A stretch of 64,000 bases of DNA from NCBI GenBank assembly GCA_031458775.1, contig JAVKJV010000008.1, positions 3,823 to 67,822 of the forward strand. The letters run 5' to 3'. The translations under genes were made by a program, and so were the position numbers. Of the stretch, positions 8,371 to 19,129 are shown piece after piece. The stretch is from Candidatus Fervidifonticultor quartus (GTDB lineage Bacteria > Sysuimicrobiota > Sysuimicrobiia > Sysuimicrobiales > Humicultoraceae). Under the pieces are notes generated by a model, which worked only from the letters and a program-made list of their open reading frames with translations, made no database searches and had not been told where the DNA came from. The stretch's first letter is position 1, and each line of letters starts with the position of its first letter.

Positions 8371-8412
8371 CGGCGCACGATCGGTCCACGTCACCGTACC
8401 TCTCGTGAGGCC

Positions 8413-9153
8413 ATGAGCACCATCGCCCCCGAACAGGTCGCCCAGTACCTCGTCCGCTGGCTCCGTGAGCGTGCCGATGAGGCCGGCGCGACCGGCGCGG
8501 TGGTGGCCGTCTCCGGCGGCGTGGACTCGGCGGCGGTCGCCGGCCTGTGCGTCCGCGCATTCCCGCAGGCTGCGCTGGGTGTCCTGCTGCCATGCCACAG
8601 CGACCCCAGAGACCTGGCCGATGCCGAGCGTATCTGCGGCGTCCTCGGCCTGCCGCACACGACCGTTGTGCTGGACGGCGCCTACGACGCGCTGGTCGCG
8701 GCGCTGCGCACGTCGCCGCACTACGCCGACTACCACGTGGCGCTCGCCAACCTGAAGCCGCGGCTGCGCATGACGACCCTCTACTACTTCGCCAACCGGA
8801 TGAACCGTCTCGTCGTCGGTACGGGCAACCGCAGCGAGGCCTATGTCGGCTACTTCACCAAGTACGGCGACGGCGGCGTGGACGTGCTGCCGCTGGCCAG
8901 CCTCGTCAAGTCCGAGGTGCGGGTGCTCGCCGCGCATCTGGGCGTGCCGGCCGACATCGTCGAACGAACGCCCACCGCCGGGCTGTGGCCCGGCCAGACC
9001 GACGAGGGCGAGATGGGGCTGACGTACGCGGTGCTCGACGCCTACCTGTTGACCGGACACGCACCGGCAGACGCGCGCGCGCGCATCGAGCAACTCCACG
9101 AGAAGAGCGCACACAAGCGCCGCACACCCCCGATTCCGGACATCCCGCGCTGA
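8413..9153 (+). CDS. nadE: NH3-dependent NAD+ synthetase
   Basis: SGGVDSA, NLKPRLRM, TGNRSE, GYFTKYGDG, PTAGLWPGQTDE, HKR. Confidence 0.95.
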   Translation: MSTIAPEQVAQYLVRWLRERADEAGATGAVVAVSGGVDSAAVAGLCVRAFPQAALGVLLPCHSDPRDLADAERICGVLGLPHTTVVLDGAYDALVAALRTSPHYADYHVALANLKPRLRMTTLYYFANRMNRLVVGTGNRSEAYVGYFTKYGDGGVDVLPLASLVKSEVRVLAAHLGVPADIVERTPTAGLWPGQTDEGEMGLTYAVLDAYLLTGHAPADARARIEQLHEKSAHKRRTPPIPDIPR

Positions 9154-9164
9154 CCCCTGTCACG

Positions 9165-9192
9165 TTGCCCGTCCGAACCGCAGCGGTACAAT
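9165..9192 (+). promoter_or_regulatory. Putative sigma70 promoter of mfd
   Basis: TTGCCC, 16 nt, TACAAT. Confidence 0.5.
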
Positions 9193-9220
9193 AGAAGTTA
9201 CGGCGGTTCGGGAGTGCGCG

Positions 9221-12200
9221 GTGTTCAGTGGTATCCTGGCGCTTCTTCGCGAAGCGCCTGCCTACAACCAGGTGCGGGACGCGCTGCTCGGGCGCGGCCG
9301 GCCGCCTGCCGCCGTCGGCCCGGGCGAGACGGCCGCCGCGTATGTGCTGGCAGCCCTGGCCACTGATCCCGAGGTGGACTGCCGCCACGCGCTGGTCATC
9401 GCCGCGAGCCCAGACGCCGCCACGCGCCTGACCGACGACCTCCGGTCGCTGCTCGCGGGCACGCAATTCACGATGCACCTCGCGGCCGCCGACGCGACGA
9501 CCCGCGACCGTCTGGCGGTCCTTGACGCGCTAGGCGCAGACGCTCCGGCGATCGTTGTGGCGCCGGTTGCGGCGTGCATCGAGCCGCTCCCGTCCGCAGC
9601 GGCGCTGGCCGCGTCCACCCGCGAGGTCGAGCCCGGGCAGCGCTACCCCCGGGAGCGGATGGTCGCAGACCTCCAGGCCACTGGATACGCTCGCGTCGGA
9701 TTGGTCGCGAACCCGGGAGAGTTCGCCGTACGCGGCGGCCTCGTCGACCTCTACGCACCCGACGCCGCAATGCCGGTCCGCATCGAGTTGTGGGGGGACG
9801 AGATCGACTCGATTCGGGGCCTGGACCCGCTCTCCCAGCGCAGCCTCGAGGTGCTGCCTCGTGTCAGGATTCGTCCGGCCCGGCTGCAGGTGCCGCTCGA
9901 ACGCGCCGTGCCACTGTCGGCACATCTGCGGACGCGCGGCCTGCTGGTCCTGATCGAGCCCGCCGAGACCGAGGCCGTCGCGCGCGGGCTGGTCGACCGC
10001 GCAGGGCGGTCCGACGAGGCGGGAGCGTTGGAGTGGAGCGAAGTCGTGGGCGCCGCGCCCGGCGTGCGGCGAGTGGCGATCGCCGCGGCCCGGCCGCCGG
10101 ACGGCGCGTGGCACGAAGTCCGCCTGGCGGCTTCGGGCATCGAGGCCCACGGCGGACAGACGCACTTGCTGGCCCAGATGCTCGGCGCGCTCGCCGCTGA
10201 GGGGCTGCGGGTGGTCATCGCGTCGGCGCAGGCCGCCCGGCTCAGCAACATTCTGCGCGACGCCGGCGTCGCGATCAGGCTGGCCGACCGGATCGAGACC
10301 CCGCCGCCTGCCGGCGGCATCGTGGCGGTGACGATGCCGCTCGGCCGGGGCTTCCGGCTCGATGGTCTGGCCGTGGTCACCGACGCGGAAGTCGTCGGCT
10401 GGCGCCGGCGGCGGCCACGCATGCGCTTCCTGCGCGACGGCGAGCGGCTCTCGTCATGGGCCGACCTCGCGCCGGGCGACCTGGTCGTGCATCTTCACCA
10501 CGGGATCGGCCGGTATCGGGGCCTGACGCGCCTGACGATGGACGGCGGCGAGCGCGAGTACATGCTGCTGGAGTACGCCGGCGAAGATCGGCTCTACGTC
10601 CCGACCGATCAGATCCACCTGGTGCACCGTTACATCGGCTCCGAGGGCGAGACGCCGGTCATTCACCGGCTCGGCGGTGCCGAATGGGACCGCGAGAAGC
10701 GCCGCGTGAAAGAGGCCACGCGCGAGATGGCCGCCTCCCTGCTGGCGCTGTACGCGGCGCGTGCATCGGTGCCCGGTCACGCGTTTGCGCCTGACACGAC
10801 GTGGCAACGCGAGATGGAAGCGCTCTTTCCTTACCAGGAGACGCCGCACCAGCGGCAGGCGATCGAAGACGTCAAGCGCGACATGGAGTCGCCCAAGCCG
10901 ATGGACCGGCTCGTCGCGGGCGACGTGGGATACGGCAAGACCGAGGTAGCGCTGCGCGCCGCGTTCAAAGCCGTGATGGACGGCAAGCAAGTGGCGGTCG
11001 TGGTACCGACGACCGTGCTCGCCCAGCAGCACTTCAACGTCTTCAGTGAGCGCTTTGCAAAGTTCCCGGTGACGGTGGAAATGGTCAGCCGGTTCCGGAG
11101 CGCGGCCGAGGTCAAGGACATCTTGAACCGGGTCGCCGCCGGCCAGGTGGACGTGCTGGTCGGCACCCACCGCATCCTCGGCAAGGACGTGAAGTTCCGC
11201 GACCTCGGGCTGGTCGTGATCGACGAGGAGCAACGGTTCGGCGTCGTTCACAAGGAGTACCTGAAGCAGCTCCGCAAGACGGTCGACGTGCTCACGTTGA
11301 CGGCGACGCCGATCCCGCGCACGCTCCACATGTCGCTCGCCGGCCTGCGCGACATGACGGTCATGGAAACGCCGCCCGAGGCCCGGCTGCCCATCCAGAC
11401 CGAGATCCGCGCCGAGAGCGACGAGTTGATCCGCGAGGCGATCCTCCGCGAGCACGGCCGCGCCGGGCAGACCTACATCGTCCACAATCGCGTGGAGTCG
11501 ATCGAGCGTGCGGCGCGGCGGATTCGCGCGCTCGTCCCGGGCGTGCGCGTCGGCGTCGCGCACGGGCAGATGCCCGAGGAGCGACTGGAGCAGGTCATGC
11601 TCGACTTCCTGGGCGGCCGCTACGACGTGCTGGTCTGCACGACGATCGTCGAAATCGGGCTCGACATCCCGTCCGTCAACACCATCATCATCCAGGACGC
11701 GCATCTGATGGGCCTGGCGCAGCTCTACCAGCTCCGCGGCCGCGTCGGCCGGGCCGACCGGCAAGCGTACTGCTACCTGCTCTACCCGCCGGCGGTACCC
11801 CTCACGCCGGAGGCGGAGCAGCGCCTGCGTGCCATGGCCGAGTTCGTGGAGTTGGGATCGGGGCTGGGGCTGGCGATGCGCGATCTCGAGATCCGCGGCG
11901 CCGGCAACATCCTGGGCCCGGAGCAACACGGCCACGTGGCCGCGGTGGGCTTCGACCTCTACTGCCGCCTGCTGGACGAAGCCATCCGCGAGGCGCGCGG
12001 TGAGATCGTAGAAGAGCCGCGTGAGCCGATTCTCGAACTGGGCGTGAACGCGCTGCTCCCGTCTGCGTACATAGACGATGAGCGGGACCGCATGGCCTAC
12101 TACCGGCGGCTGGCCGCGGTGCGGACGGCGGATGACCTGGAGGCGGTCGCGGCTGAACTGGAAGAGCAGTACGGGCCGCCCCCGGCGGAAGCCGTCGCGC

Positions 12201-12487
12201 TGCTCAACGCGGTGCGGCTGCGGATGGCGGCGCGCGCGTCGGGTGTCGCGTCGATCACGCGTCAGAACGGCCGGTTCATCGTGCGGTTCGGCGAGGGAAC
12301 GTCCCTCGACGAGTCGCTGCAGGTGCAGTTGCGGCTGGCGCTCGGCAACCGGGCCCAGGTGACCCCGACGGGGCTGGTCGTGCGGGCAGCCGATCGAAGC
12401 TTCGCCAAACAGACCGCGGTGCTCGGCGAGGTCTTGATGCTGGTCGGACGTGTGTCGGCGCGGGTGGCCGAGGCGACGCGCGGCTAG
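9221..12487 (+). CDS. mfd: Transcription-repair coupling factor
   Basis: GEFAVRGG, CarD-like VVHLHHGIGRY, GDVGYGKTEVA, DEEQRFG, TATPIPRT, QLRGRVGR, DLEIRGAG, C-terminal TRCF domain. Confidence 0.97.
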   Translation: MFSGILALLREAPAYNQVRDALLGRGRPPAAVGPGETAAAYVLAALATDPEVDCRHALVIAASPDAATRLTDDLRSLLAGTQFTMHLAAADATTRDRLAVLDALGADAPAIVVAPVAACIEPLPSAAALAASTREVEPGQRYPRERMVADLQATGYARVGLVANPGEFAVRGGLVDLYAPDAAMPVRIELWGDEIDSIRGLDPLSQRSLEVLPRVRIRPARLQVPLERAVPLSAHLRTRGLLVLIEPAETEAVARGLVDRAGRSDEAGALEWSEVVGAAPGVRRVAIAAARPPDGAWHEVRLAASGIEAHGGQTHLLAQMLGALAAEGLRVVIASAQAARLSNILRDAGVAIRLADRIETPPPAGGIVAVTMPLGRGFRLDGLAVVTDAEVVGWRRRRPRMRFLRDGERLSSWADLAPGDLVVHLHHGIGRYRGLTRLTMDGGEREYMLLEYAGEDRLYVPTDQIHLVHRYIGSEGETPVIHRLGGAEWDREKRRVKEATREMAASLLALYAARASVPGHAFAPDTTWQREMEALFPYQETPHQRQAIEDVKRDMESPKPMDRLVAGDVGYGKTEVALRAAFKAVMDGKQVAVVVPTTVLAQQHFNVFSERFAKFPVTVEMVSRFRSAAEVKDILNRVAAGQVDVLVGTHRILGKDVKFRDLGLVVIDEEQRFGVVHKEYLKQLRKTVDVLTLTATPIPRTLHMSLAGLRDMTVMETPPEARLPIQTEIRAESDELIREAILREHGRAGQTYIVHNRVESIERAARRIRALVPGVRVGVAHGQMPEERLEQVMLDFLGGRYDVLVCTTIVEIGLDIPSVNTIIIQDAHLMGLAQLYQLRGRVGRADRQAYCYLLYPPAVPLTPEAEQRLRAMAEFVELGSGLGLAMRDLEIRGAGNILGPEQHGHVAAVGFDLYCRLLDEAIREARGEIVEEPREPILELGVNALLPSAYIDDERDRMAYYRRLAAVRTADDLEAVAAELEEQYGPPPAEAVALLNAVRLRMAARASGVASITRQNGRFIVRFGEGTSLDESLQVQLRLALGNRAQVTPTGLVVRAADRSFAKQTAVLGEVLMLVGRVSARVAEATRG

Positions 12488-12543
12488 CGGGGCCCGGTGG
12501 CCTGCGGTATGCTGGACGCGTCTCGCATAGAGGAGGCATAGAC

Positions 12544-13527
12544 GTGATGAACATGCGCAGAGTACTGGTGGCCGTGGCCGTCGTCGTGGTGATCGCGGCG
12601 GCCGGAGCGGCCGCCTGGACGCTCAGGGGCGGCGCCCGCCGCGCGGCCGCGGTCGCGGCGACGGTGAACGGCGAAGCCATCCTGTGGTCTCAGGTTGACA
12701 TGGAAGTCGCCCGCGCCGCGGCGCAGCTCGGCATCGACACCAAGAGCCCGGACTTCGACAAGCAACGAGCGGAAATCAGCAAGGCGATGCTCGACCAGTT
12801 GATCAGCGTGCGGCTGGTGCTCCAGGAGGCGCGCCGCCGCAACCTGCAGGCGACCGACAAGGACGTGGACGAGCAACTCGACAGCATCAAGAAGCGGTTT
12901 CCCTCCGAGGCCGACTTCACCAGTGCCCTGACCCGCAACGGGTTCACGCTCGCCTCGCTGCGCGAGGTCCTCCGGGTGAACGCTACCCAGCGTCGCGTGG
13001 CCGAGGCGGTCGCCACCGCGTCGGTCACCGAGGCCGAGGTGCGCGCGCAGTTCGACAAGGACCGCGCGCAGTACGATCAGCCGGCGCAGATCAAGGTGAG
13101 CCACATCCTGTTCCGCACGGGCGAGAAGGAACAGGAAGCGATCGCCCAGGCGAAAGCCAGAATCGTCCAGGCGAAGCTCGCCGAAGGGGCCAAGTTCGAC
13201 GACCTGGCCAAGCAGTACTCGGACGACAAGGCCAGCGCGGAGCGCGGGGGTGACCTCGGGTTTGTCGGCAGGGGGACCCTGGTCAAGGAGTTCGAGGACG
13301 CCGCCTGGTCGCTCAAGCCGGGCGAGACGAGCGGACCGGTGAAGACGCAGTACGGCCTGCACATCATCCGCGTCGTCGAGGTCAAAGAGGCGGCCAAAGC
13401 TGACTACGACAAGGTCAAGAGTCAGATCAGAGAGCAGTTGCTGACCGGCAAGCGCGAGAAGGCGTTCGAAGCCTGGTTGAACCAGCAGCGCAAAGCGGCG
13501 AAGATTGAGCGGTTCGATCGTCAGTAG
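12544..13527 (+). CDS. PrsA/SurA-like parvulin peptidyl-prolyl isomerase
   Basis: N-terminal anchor, ATVNGE, SHIL, FDDLAKQYSDD, GGDLG, PVKTQYGLHII; RBS GAGGAGG. Confidence 0.9.
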   Translation: MMNMRRVLVAVAVVVVIAAAGAAAWTLRGGARRAAAVAATVNGEAILWSQVDMEVARAAAQLGIDTKSPDFDKQRAEISKAMLDQLISVRLVLQEARRRNLQATDKDVDEQLDSIKKRFPSEADFTSALTRNGFTLASLREVLRVNATQRRVAEAVATASVTEAEVRAQFDKDRAQYDQPAQIKVSHILFRTGEKEQEAIAQAKARIVQAKLAEGAKFDDLAKQYSDDKASAERGGDLGFVGRGTLVKEFEDAAWSLKPGETSGPVKTQYGLHIIRVVEVKEAAKADYDKVKSQIREQLLTGKREKAFEAWLNQQRKAAKIERFDRQ

Positions 13528-13549
13528 AGCGTCCCTGCCGGATCTCCTG

Positions 13550-14290
13550 ATGCGTTTCACGTTCGACGACCTCGTGGCGGTCATGGCCCGGTTGCGCGGC
13601 GCCGACGGGTGTCCGTGGGATCGCCAGCAAACGCATGCCTCACTGGCGCCGTACGTGCTGGAGGAAGCGCACGAGGTCCTTGACGCGATCAGCCGCGACG
13701 ATCGCGGGGCGCTGCGCGATGAACTCGGTGACCTGCTGCTCCAGGTGGTCTTTCACGGGCAGATGTCCGCCGAGGCGGGCAGCTGGACCGCGGGTGACGT
13801 GGTCGATGGGCTCACACGGAAGCTGATCGAGCGGCATCCTCACGTGTTCGGGGACACCAAGCTTGGGACGCCGGCCGAGGTGCTGGCCCAGTGGCATGAA
13901 CTGAAACGCCGGGAGGCGCCGGGACGCGGGGTGTTTGACGGCATCCCGACCTCGCTGCCCGCCCTGGCCCGGGCGCAGAAGGTGCTCCACCGGGCCATGG
14001 TCAACGGGATGACCGCGCAGGTTCCGGGCGAGCCGCTCGAGGCCGCGTCGCACGTGGCCGAGCGCCTGCACCGCGTCATGGCCGCCGTGGCCATGACGGC
14101 CGGCGAGCCCGCGCCCGGACCACCGCAGGACGGCGACAAGCCGGAGGCGAGTCCACCACCAAAGGTGGACGAGGAGTTTGGGGAGCTGTTGCTCGCGGTG
14201 GCCGCGCTGGCGGCGACGGTGGATGTCGATGCCGAGTCGGCGCTGCGCGCCGCGTGTCAGAAATTCCTCGCGCGGATCTCCGCGGGGTAG
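13550..14290 (+). CDS. mazG: Nucleoside triphosphate pyrophosphohydrolase
   Basis: GCPWDRQQT, EEAHE, DELGDLLLQ, RHPHVF, second EEFGELL domain. Confidence 0.92.
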   Translation: MRFTFDDLVAVMARLRGADGCPWDRQQTHASLAPYVLEEAHEVLDAISRDDRGALRDELGDLLLQVVFHGQMSAEAGSWTAGDVVDGLTRKLIERHPHVFGDTKLGTPAEVLAQWHELKRREAPGRGVFDGIPTSLPALARAQKVLHRAMVNGMTAQVPGEPLEAASHVAERLHRVMAAVAMTAGEPAPGPPQDGDKPEASPPPKVDEEFGELLLAVAALAATVDVDAESALRAACQKFLARISAG

Positions 14291-14293
14291 TCG

Positions 14294-14554
14294 GTGCGTC
14301 TCGACAAGTTCCTCCAGGTCAGTCGCCTGGTGAAACGCCGCACGCTGGCCAACCGTCTCTGCAACGCGGGGCGGGTGACCCTCAACGGCCAACGCGCGAA
14401 GCCGTCGGCGGAGATCGACGCCGGCGACCTGATCAGCGTGAACTTCGGCACGCGGCGTGTCACCGCGAGAGTGACGCGCGTCCCGTCCGGGCGGCCGTCG
14501 CCTGATGCCATCGTCGAGATCCTCGACGATCAGCGAATCCAGGACGCGTGGTAG
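14294..14554 (+). CDS. S4-domain RNA-binding protein (YabO/RqcP/Hsp15-like)
   Basis: MRLDKFLQVSRLVKRRTLA...GRVTLNG..AKPS. Confidence 0.9.
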   Translation: MRLDKFLQVSRLVKRRTLANRLCNAGRVTLNGQRAKPSAEIDAGDLISVNFGTRRVTARVTRVPSGRPSPDAIVEILDDQRIQDAW

Positions 14555-15889
<1,335 letters not shown>

Positions 15890-15928
15890 CGCCCGGGCGC
15901 CTGCCGCGGCCACCCGGTCGCGGGCACA

Positions 15929-15955
15929 GGAGGATTCGTCCGCCTCGCCGCGAAT
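15929..15955 (+). promoter_or_regulatory. SigmaH-like promoter upstream of ftsB/divIC
   Basis: AGGA (15931-15934), 17 nt, GAAT (15952-15955). Confidence 0.55.
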
Positions 15956-16006
15956 CGCGCGAAGGGGACCACCGAGGACAACGCACCCATCGTCGCAGCA
16001 CCGATC

Positions 16007-16405
16007 ATGCCCAACGTCGCCGCACGCCGTCTCTTCCTGCCTCCTGGTTCAGCCCGACGGCCAGTCCCGCGCTGGATCGGCCCGTTGGGGGCGGGCGTCC
16101 TCTTGCTCGCGATCGCCGTGGCGTTCGGCGGCGCCTACTGGGACGGGTATCAGCTCCGGCGTGAGGCGGCCGAACTGGCTCGGGAGCGCGACCAACTGCG
16201 GCGGCAGAACGCACAGCTCCGCGAGGAGATCCGGCTCCTGAATACACCGGAGTACGTCGAGCGTCTGGCCCGAGAGCAGTTGGGCCTGGTGAAGCAGGAC
16301 GAGATCGCCGTGATCGTGGTGCAGGCAGCGCCGTCTCCGGCACCGACCCCGGCGCCGAAGACGCCGCCGGCGCGGCCATGGTGGTCCCGCTGGATGGACC
16401 GCTGA
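16007..16405 (+). CDS. ftsB: Septum formation initiator FtsB/DivIC
   Basis: One TM helix, coiled coil, YVERLAREQLGLVKQDE; follows eno. Confidence 0.88.
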   Translation: MPNVAARRLFLPPGSARRPVPRWIGPLGAGVLLLAIAVAFGGAYWDGYQLRREAAELARERDQLRRQNAQLREEIRLLNTPEYVERLAREQLGLVKQDEIAVIVVQAAPSPAPTPAPKTPPARPWWSRWMDR

Positions 16406-16410
16406 CCTGA

Positions 16411-16440
16411 TTGACACTGCCGGGAGGGCACGCGTATACT
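16411..16440 (+). promoter_or_regulatory. Sigma70-type promoter of the S1 gene
   Basis: TTGACA, 18 nt, TATACT. Confidence 0.75.
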
Positions 16441-16485
16441 CCGACGTGCTCCAGCACCCAGCGGAAGGAGTGTGGCAGTGCAGGA

Positions 16486-16875
16486 ATGGATGTGACTCCC
16501 AGTACGGTGACACCGGGCACGATCGTCGAGGGAACCGTCGTCAAGATCACGCACTATGGGGCGTTCGTGGAGCTCCCTGACGGCAAGAGCGGCCTCGTCC
16601 ATATCTCCGAGATCGCCGACACCTACGTCAAAGACGTCAAGGACTACCTCAAGGAGCAGGACAAGGTCAAGGTCAAGATCCTCGGCTTGAACGACAAGGG
16701 GAAGCTCGACCTCTCGGTCAAACAGGCCCTGTCCCCCGAGGAACGCCAGGCCCGTGCCCGCGCCCGCACCTCGTTCGAAGAGAAACTCAAGGCCTTCATG
16801 AAGGAGAGCGAGGAGCGGCTGCTCGACCTCAAGCGCAACACCGAGGCCAAGCGGGGCGGACGCCGCAAGAAGTAG
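16486..16875 (+). CDS. S1 RNA-binding domain protein (YabR/GSP13-like)
   Basis: YGAFVEL..GKSGLVHISEIA, LSVKQA, SFEEKLKAFMKESEERL. Confidence 0.92.
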   Translation: MDVTPSTVTPGTIVEGTVVKITHYGAFVELPDGKSGLVHISEIADTYVKDVKDYLKEQDKVKVKILGLNDKGKLDLSVKQALSPEERQARARARTSFEEKLKAFMKESEERLLDLKRNTEAKRGGRRKK

Positions 16876-16878
16876 CTC

Positions 16879-17229
16879 CTACTCGATCCCCAGCGCCCAG
16901 ACGACCTCTTCGAACGTCCGCCAGGTGATGTCGTCGCGCTCCAGGGCGCGCGACTGCTCGGAGATCTCCTCTCGTGCGTCGAGTTCCTTGACCTGTTCGT
17001 CCATGCGGACAAGCCGGCTTTGCACGCCAGCGATCTCGGCCGACATAACCATCTGCGGCAAGGCGGCGCGGATCTTCTCCAGCGCATCGCGCTCGACCTG
17101 ACGGGCCAGGCGATCCATCTCCTGCGCGTCCATGCGCGAGTAGATGACGAGGCCACGGCGTTCCTCGAGTGCGGCGATCGCGATCTCACGCAGTTGTTTC
17201 AGTACGGGGTCCTTGCTGCTGTCAGCCAC
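16879..17229 (-). CDS. Hypothetical helical protein (116 aa)
   Basis: GTG 17229 with RBS GGAGGGG, overlapping the ABC gene stop; charged amphipathic sequence. Confidence 0.7.
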   Translation of the reverse strand: MADSSKDPVLKQLREIAIAALEERRGLVIYSRMDAQEMDRLARQVERDALEKIRAALPQMVMSAEIAGVQSRLVRMDEQVKELDAREEISEQSRALERDDITWRTFEEVVWALGIE

Positions 17230-19129
17230 TGCTGCGCTCCCCTCCACGTCGGTCGGACACCCCGGACGGCGGGGCCGCGGCGACACCCGCCGCGGGCCAC
17301 CACTCCTGATCTCGATACTGCAACTGGTAGAGCTTGGTGTAAATCCCGCCTCGGGCCAGCAGCGCGCGGTGGGTCCCCTCCTCAACGATCCGGCCCTTGT
17401 GGATGACCAGGATGCGGTCCACGTGCTGAATGGTCGAGAGCCGGTGCGCGATGATGATCGACGTCCGGTCGCGCATCACCCGGCGCAGGGCATCTTGAAT
17501 GAGGATCTCGGTCTCGGTGTCAACGCTGCTCGTGGCCTCGTCGAGCACCAGCAGGACCTCGAGGTTGTGCGCGATGGCCCGCGCGAAGGCGATGAGCTGT
17601 TTCTGCCCGACCGAGAGCGTGGCCCCGCGCTCCTGGACCTCGGCCGCGTAGCCGCCCGGCAACCGCTCAATGAACGCCGAGGCGCCGACGAACTCCGCGG
17701 CACGGCGCACGTCGTCGTCGGTGATCGTCCTCGTCCCCAGCCGGATGTTGTCCGCGATGGTCCCCGCAAACAGGAAGACGTCCTGCAGGACGAGCCCGAT
17801 GTGCCGCCGCAGGTCGCGCTGGTCCCATGCGCGCACATCGTGGCCCTCGACCAACACCTGGCCGCGCTGTGGGTCGTAGAACCGCATGATCAGGTTGATG
17901 ATGGACGATTTGCCCGCGCCGGTGTGCCCGACCAGCGCCACGCGCTCACCGGGCGCGATGCGGAACGACACGCCGCGCAACACCCAGTCCTCGACGTCCG
18001 GCCCGGTGCGGACAGACGACGTCCCGTCATCGGGCGCCGACGTCGGCTCGTAGGCGAACCACACGTCGCGGAACTCGATCGCGCCGCGGACACGCTCGAC
18101 GCGCACCGGCGCCGGCGGGTCCTGCACGTCCACTGGCTCGTCCAGCACGCGGAAGATGCGCTCCGACGACGCCATCGCCGCCTGAAGGATATTGTACTTC
18201 TCGGCCAGGTCCTCGATCGGCTCGAAGAACCGCTGCGCATACTGGATGAACGCCACCACCAGTCCGACGCTCACCGCGCCGCCCAGCGCCTGGATGCCGC
18301 CGTAGCCGATAATGATGGCCACGGCGACGGCGCTCATGACACCCACCGAAGGCATGAAGACCGCGAACGAGCGCAAAGCGGCCAGGTTGGCCGCCAGGTG
18401 GTCGCGGTTCAAGGCGTCGAATCGCTCGAACTCTCGCGGCTCCCGGCCGAAGAGCTGCACGATCCCCATGCCCATGATGTGCTCGTTGAGGAAGGCGTTC
18501 ATCCGCGCGAGGCGCACCCGCACGGCCCGGTACGACTCGCGCGCGCGCGCCGAGAATCGGGCCGTGATCCAGCCGATGACCGGCAGGACGAGCATCGTCG
18601 CGAGCGCAAGGCGCCAGTCCATGAACAGCATGATCCCGACGATGAGCACGAGCGTGAACAGGTCGCCGAAGATCGCGACGACGCCCTGGGTAATCATCTC
18701 GTTGAGCGCGTCGATGTCGTTGGTCACGCGGGTGACGAGGCGCCCGACCGGCTGGCGGGTGTAGAACGCGACCGAGAGCCGCTGCAGGTGGCTGAAGAGC
18801 TCGACCCGGAGGTTGTACGTCGCCTGCTGGCCCACCCACTGCATGACGTACGACTGCGCGTAGCGGAGCGCGAAGGCCGCGGCCAGTGCGCCCGCGTATG
18901 CGAGGACCACCAGCCCCAGCCCCTCGAGCCGCCCCGGCGCGATGTGGTCGTCGATCGCGATCCGCACCAGGTAGGGGCCGGCGAGGCCCGCGGCCGAGGT
19001 GAGCAGCAGGAGCACGACTGAAAGCGCGACCTGCGGCCGGTACGGTCCCACGTACGACAGCAACCGGCGCATCAGCCGCGGGTCGTAGGCCTTTCCCAGC
19101 ACCTCGTCTTCGTGGAATGCCACACTCAT
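17222..19129 (-). CDS. ABC exporter, fused permease/ATPase (heterodimer subunit 2)
   Basis: TM domain plus GHTGAGKS, LSVGQKQ, LDEATS, IAHRLST. Confidence 0.93.
   Translation of the reverse strand: MSVAFHEDEVLGKAYDPRLMRRLLSYVGPYRPQVALSVVLLLLTSAAGLAGPYLVRIAIDDHIAPGRLEGLGLVVLAYAGALAAAFALRYAQSYVMQWVGQQATYNLRVELFSHLQRLSVAFYTRQPVGRLVTRVTNDIDALNEMITQGVVAIFGDLFTLVLIVGIMLFMDWRLALATMLVLPVIGWITARFSARARESYRAVRVRLARMNAFLNEHIMGMGIVQLFGREPREFERFDALNRDHLAANLAALRSFAVFMPSVGVMSAVAVAIIIGYGGIQALGGAVSVGLVVAFIQYAQRFFEPIEDLAEKYNILQAAMASSERIFRVLDEPVDVQDPPAPVRVERVRGAIEFRDVWFAYEPTSAPDDGTSSVRTGPDVEDWVLRGVSFRIAPGERVALVGHTGAGKSSIINLIMRFYDPQRGQVLVEGHDVRAWDQRDLRRHIGLVLQDVFLFAGTIADNIRLGTRTITDDDVRRAAEFVGASAFIERLPGGYAAEVQERGATLSVGQKQLIAFARAIAHNLEVLLVLDEATSSVDTETEILIQDALRRVMRDRTSIIIAHRLSTIQHVDRILVIHKGRIVEEGTHRALLARGGIYTKLYQLQYRDQEWWPAAGVAAAPPSGVSDRRGGERSSG

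Noticed and set aside
7338-8378. N-terminal extension of the 639-aa ORF 6459..8378
   Set aside because: Runs through the riboswitch, terminator, promoter and antisense to the lipoprotein gene; recognisable protein begins only near 7337
10454-11935. 493-aa antisense ORF within mfd
   Set aside because: Shadow frame caused by high-GC codon bias; no motifs
17144-19021. 625-aa plus-strand ORF opposite the ABC exporter
   Set aside because: Shadow ORF with no recognisable domain
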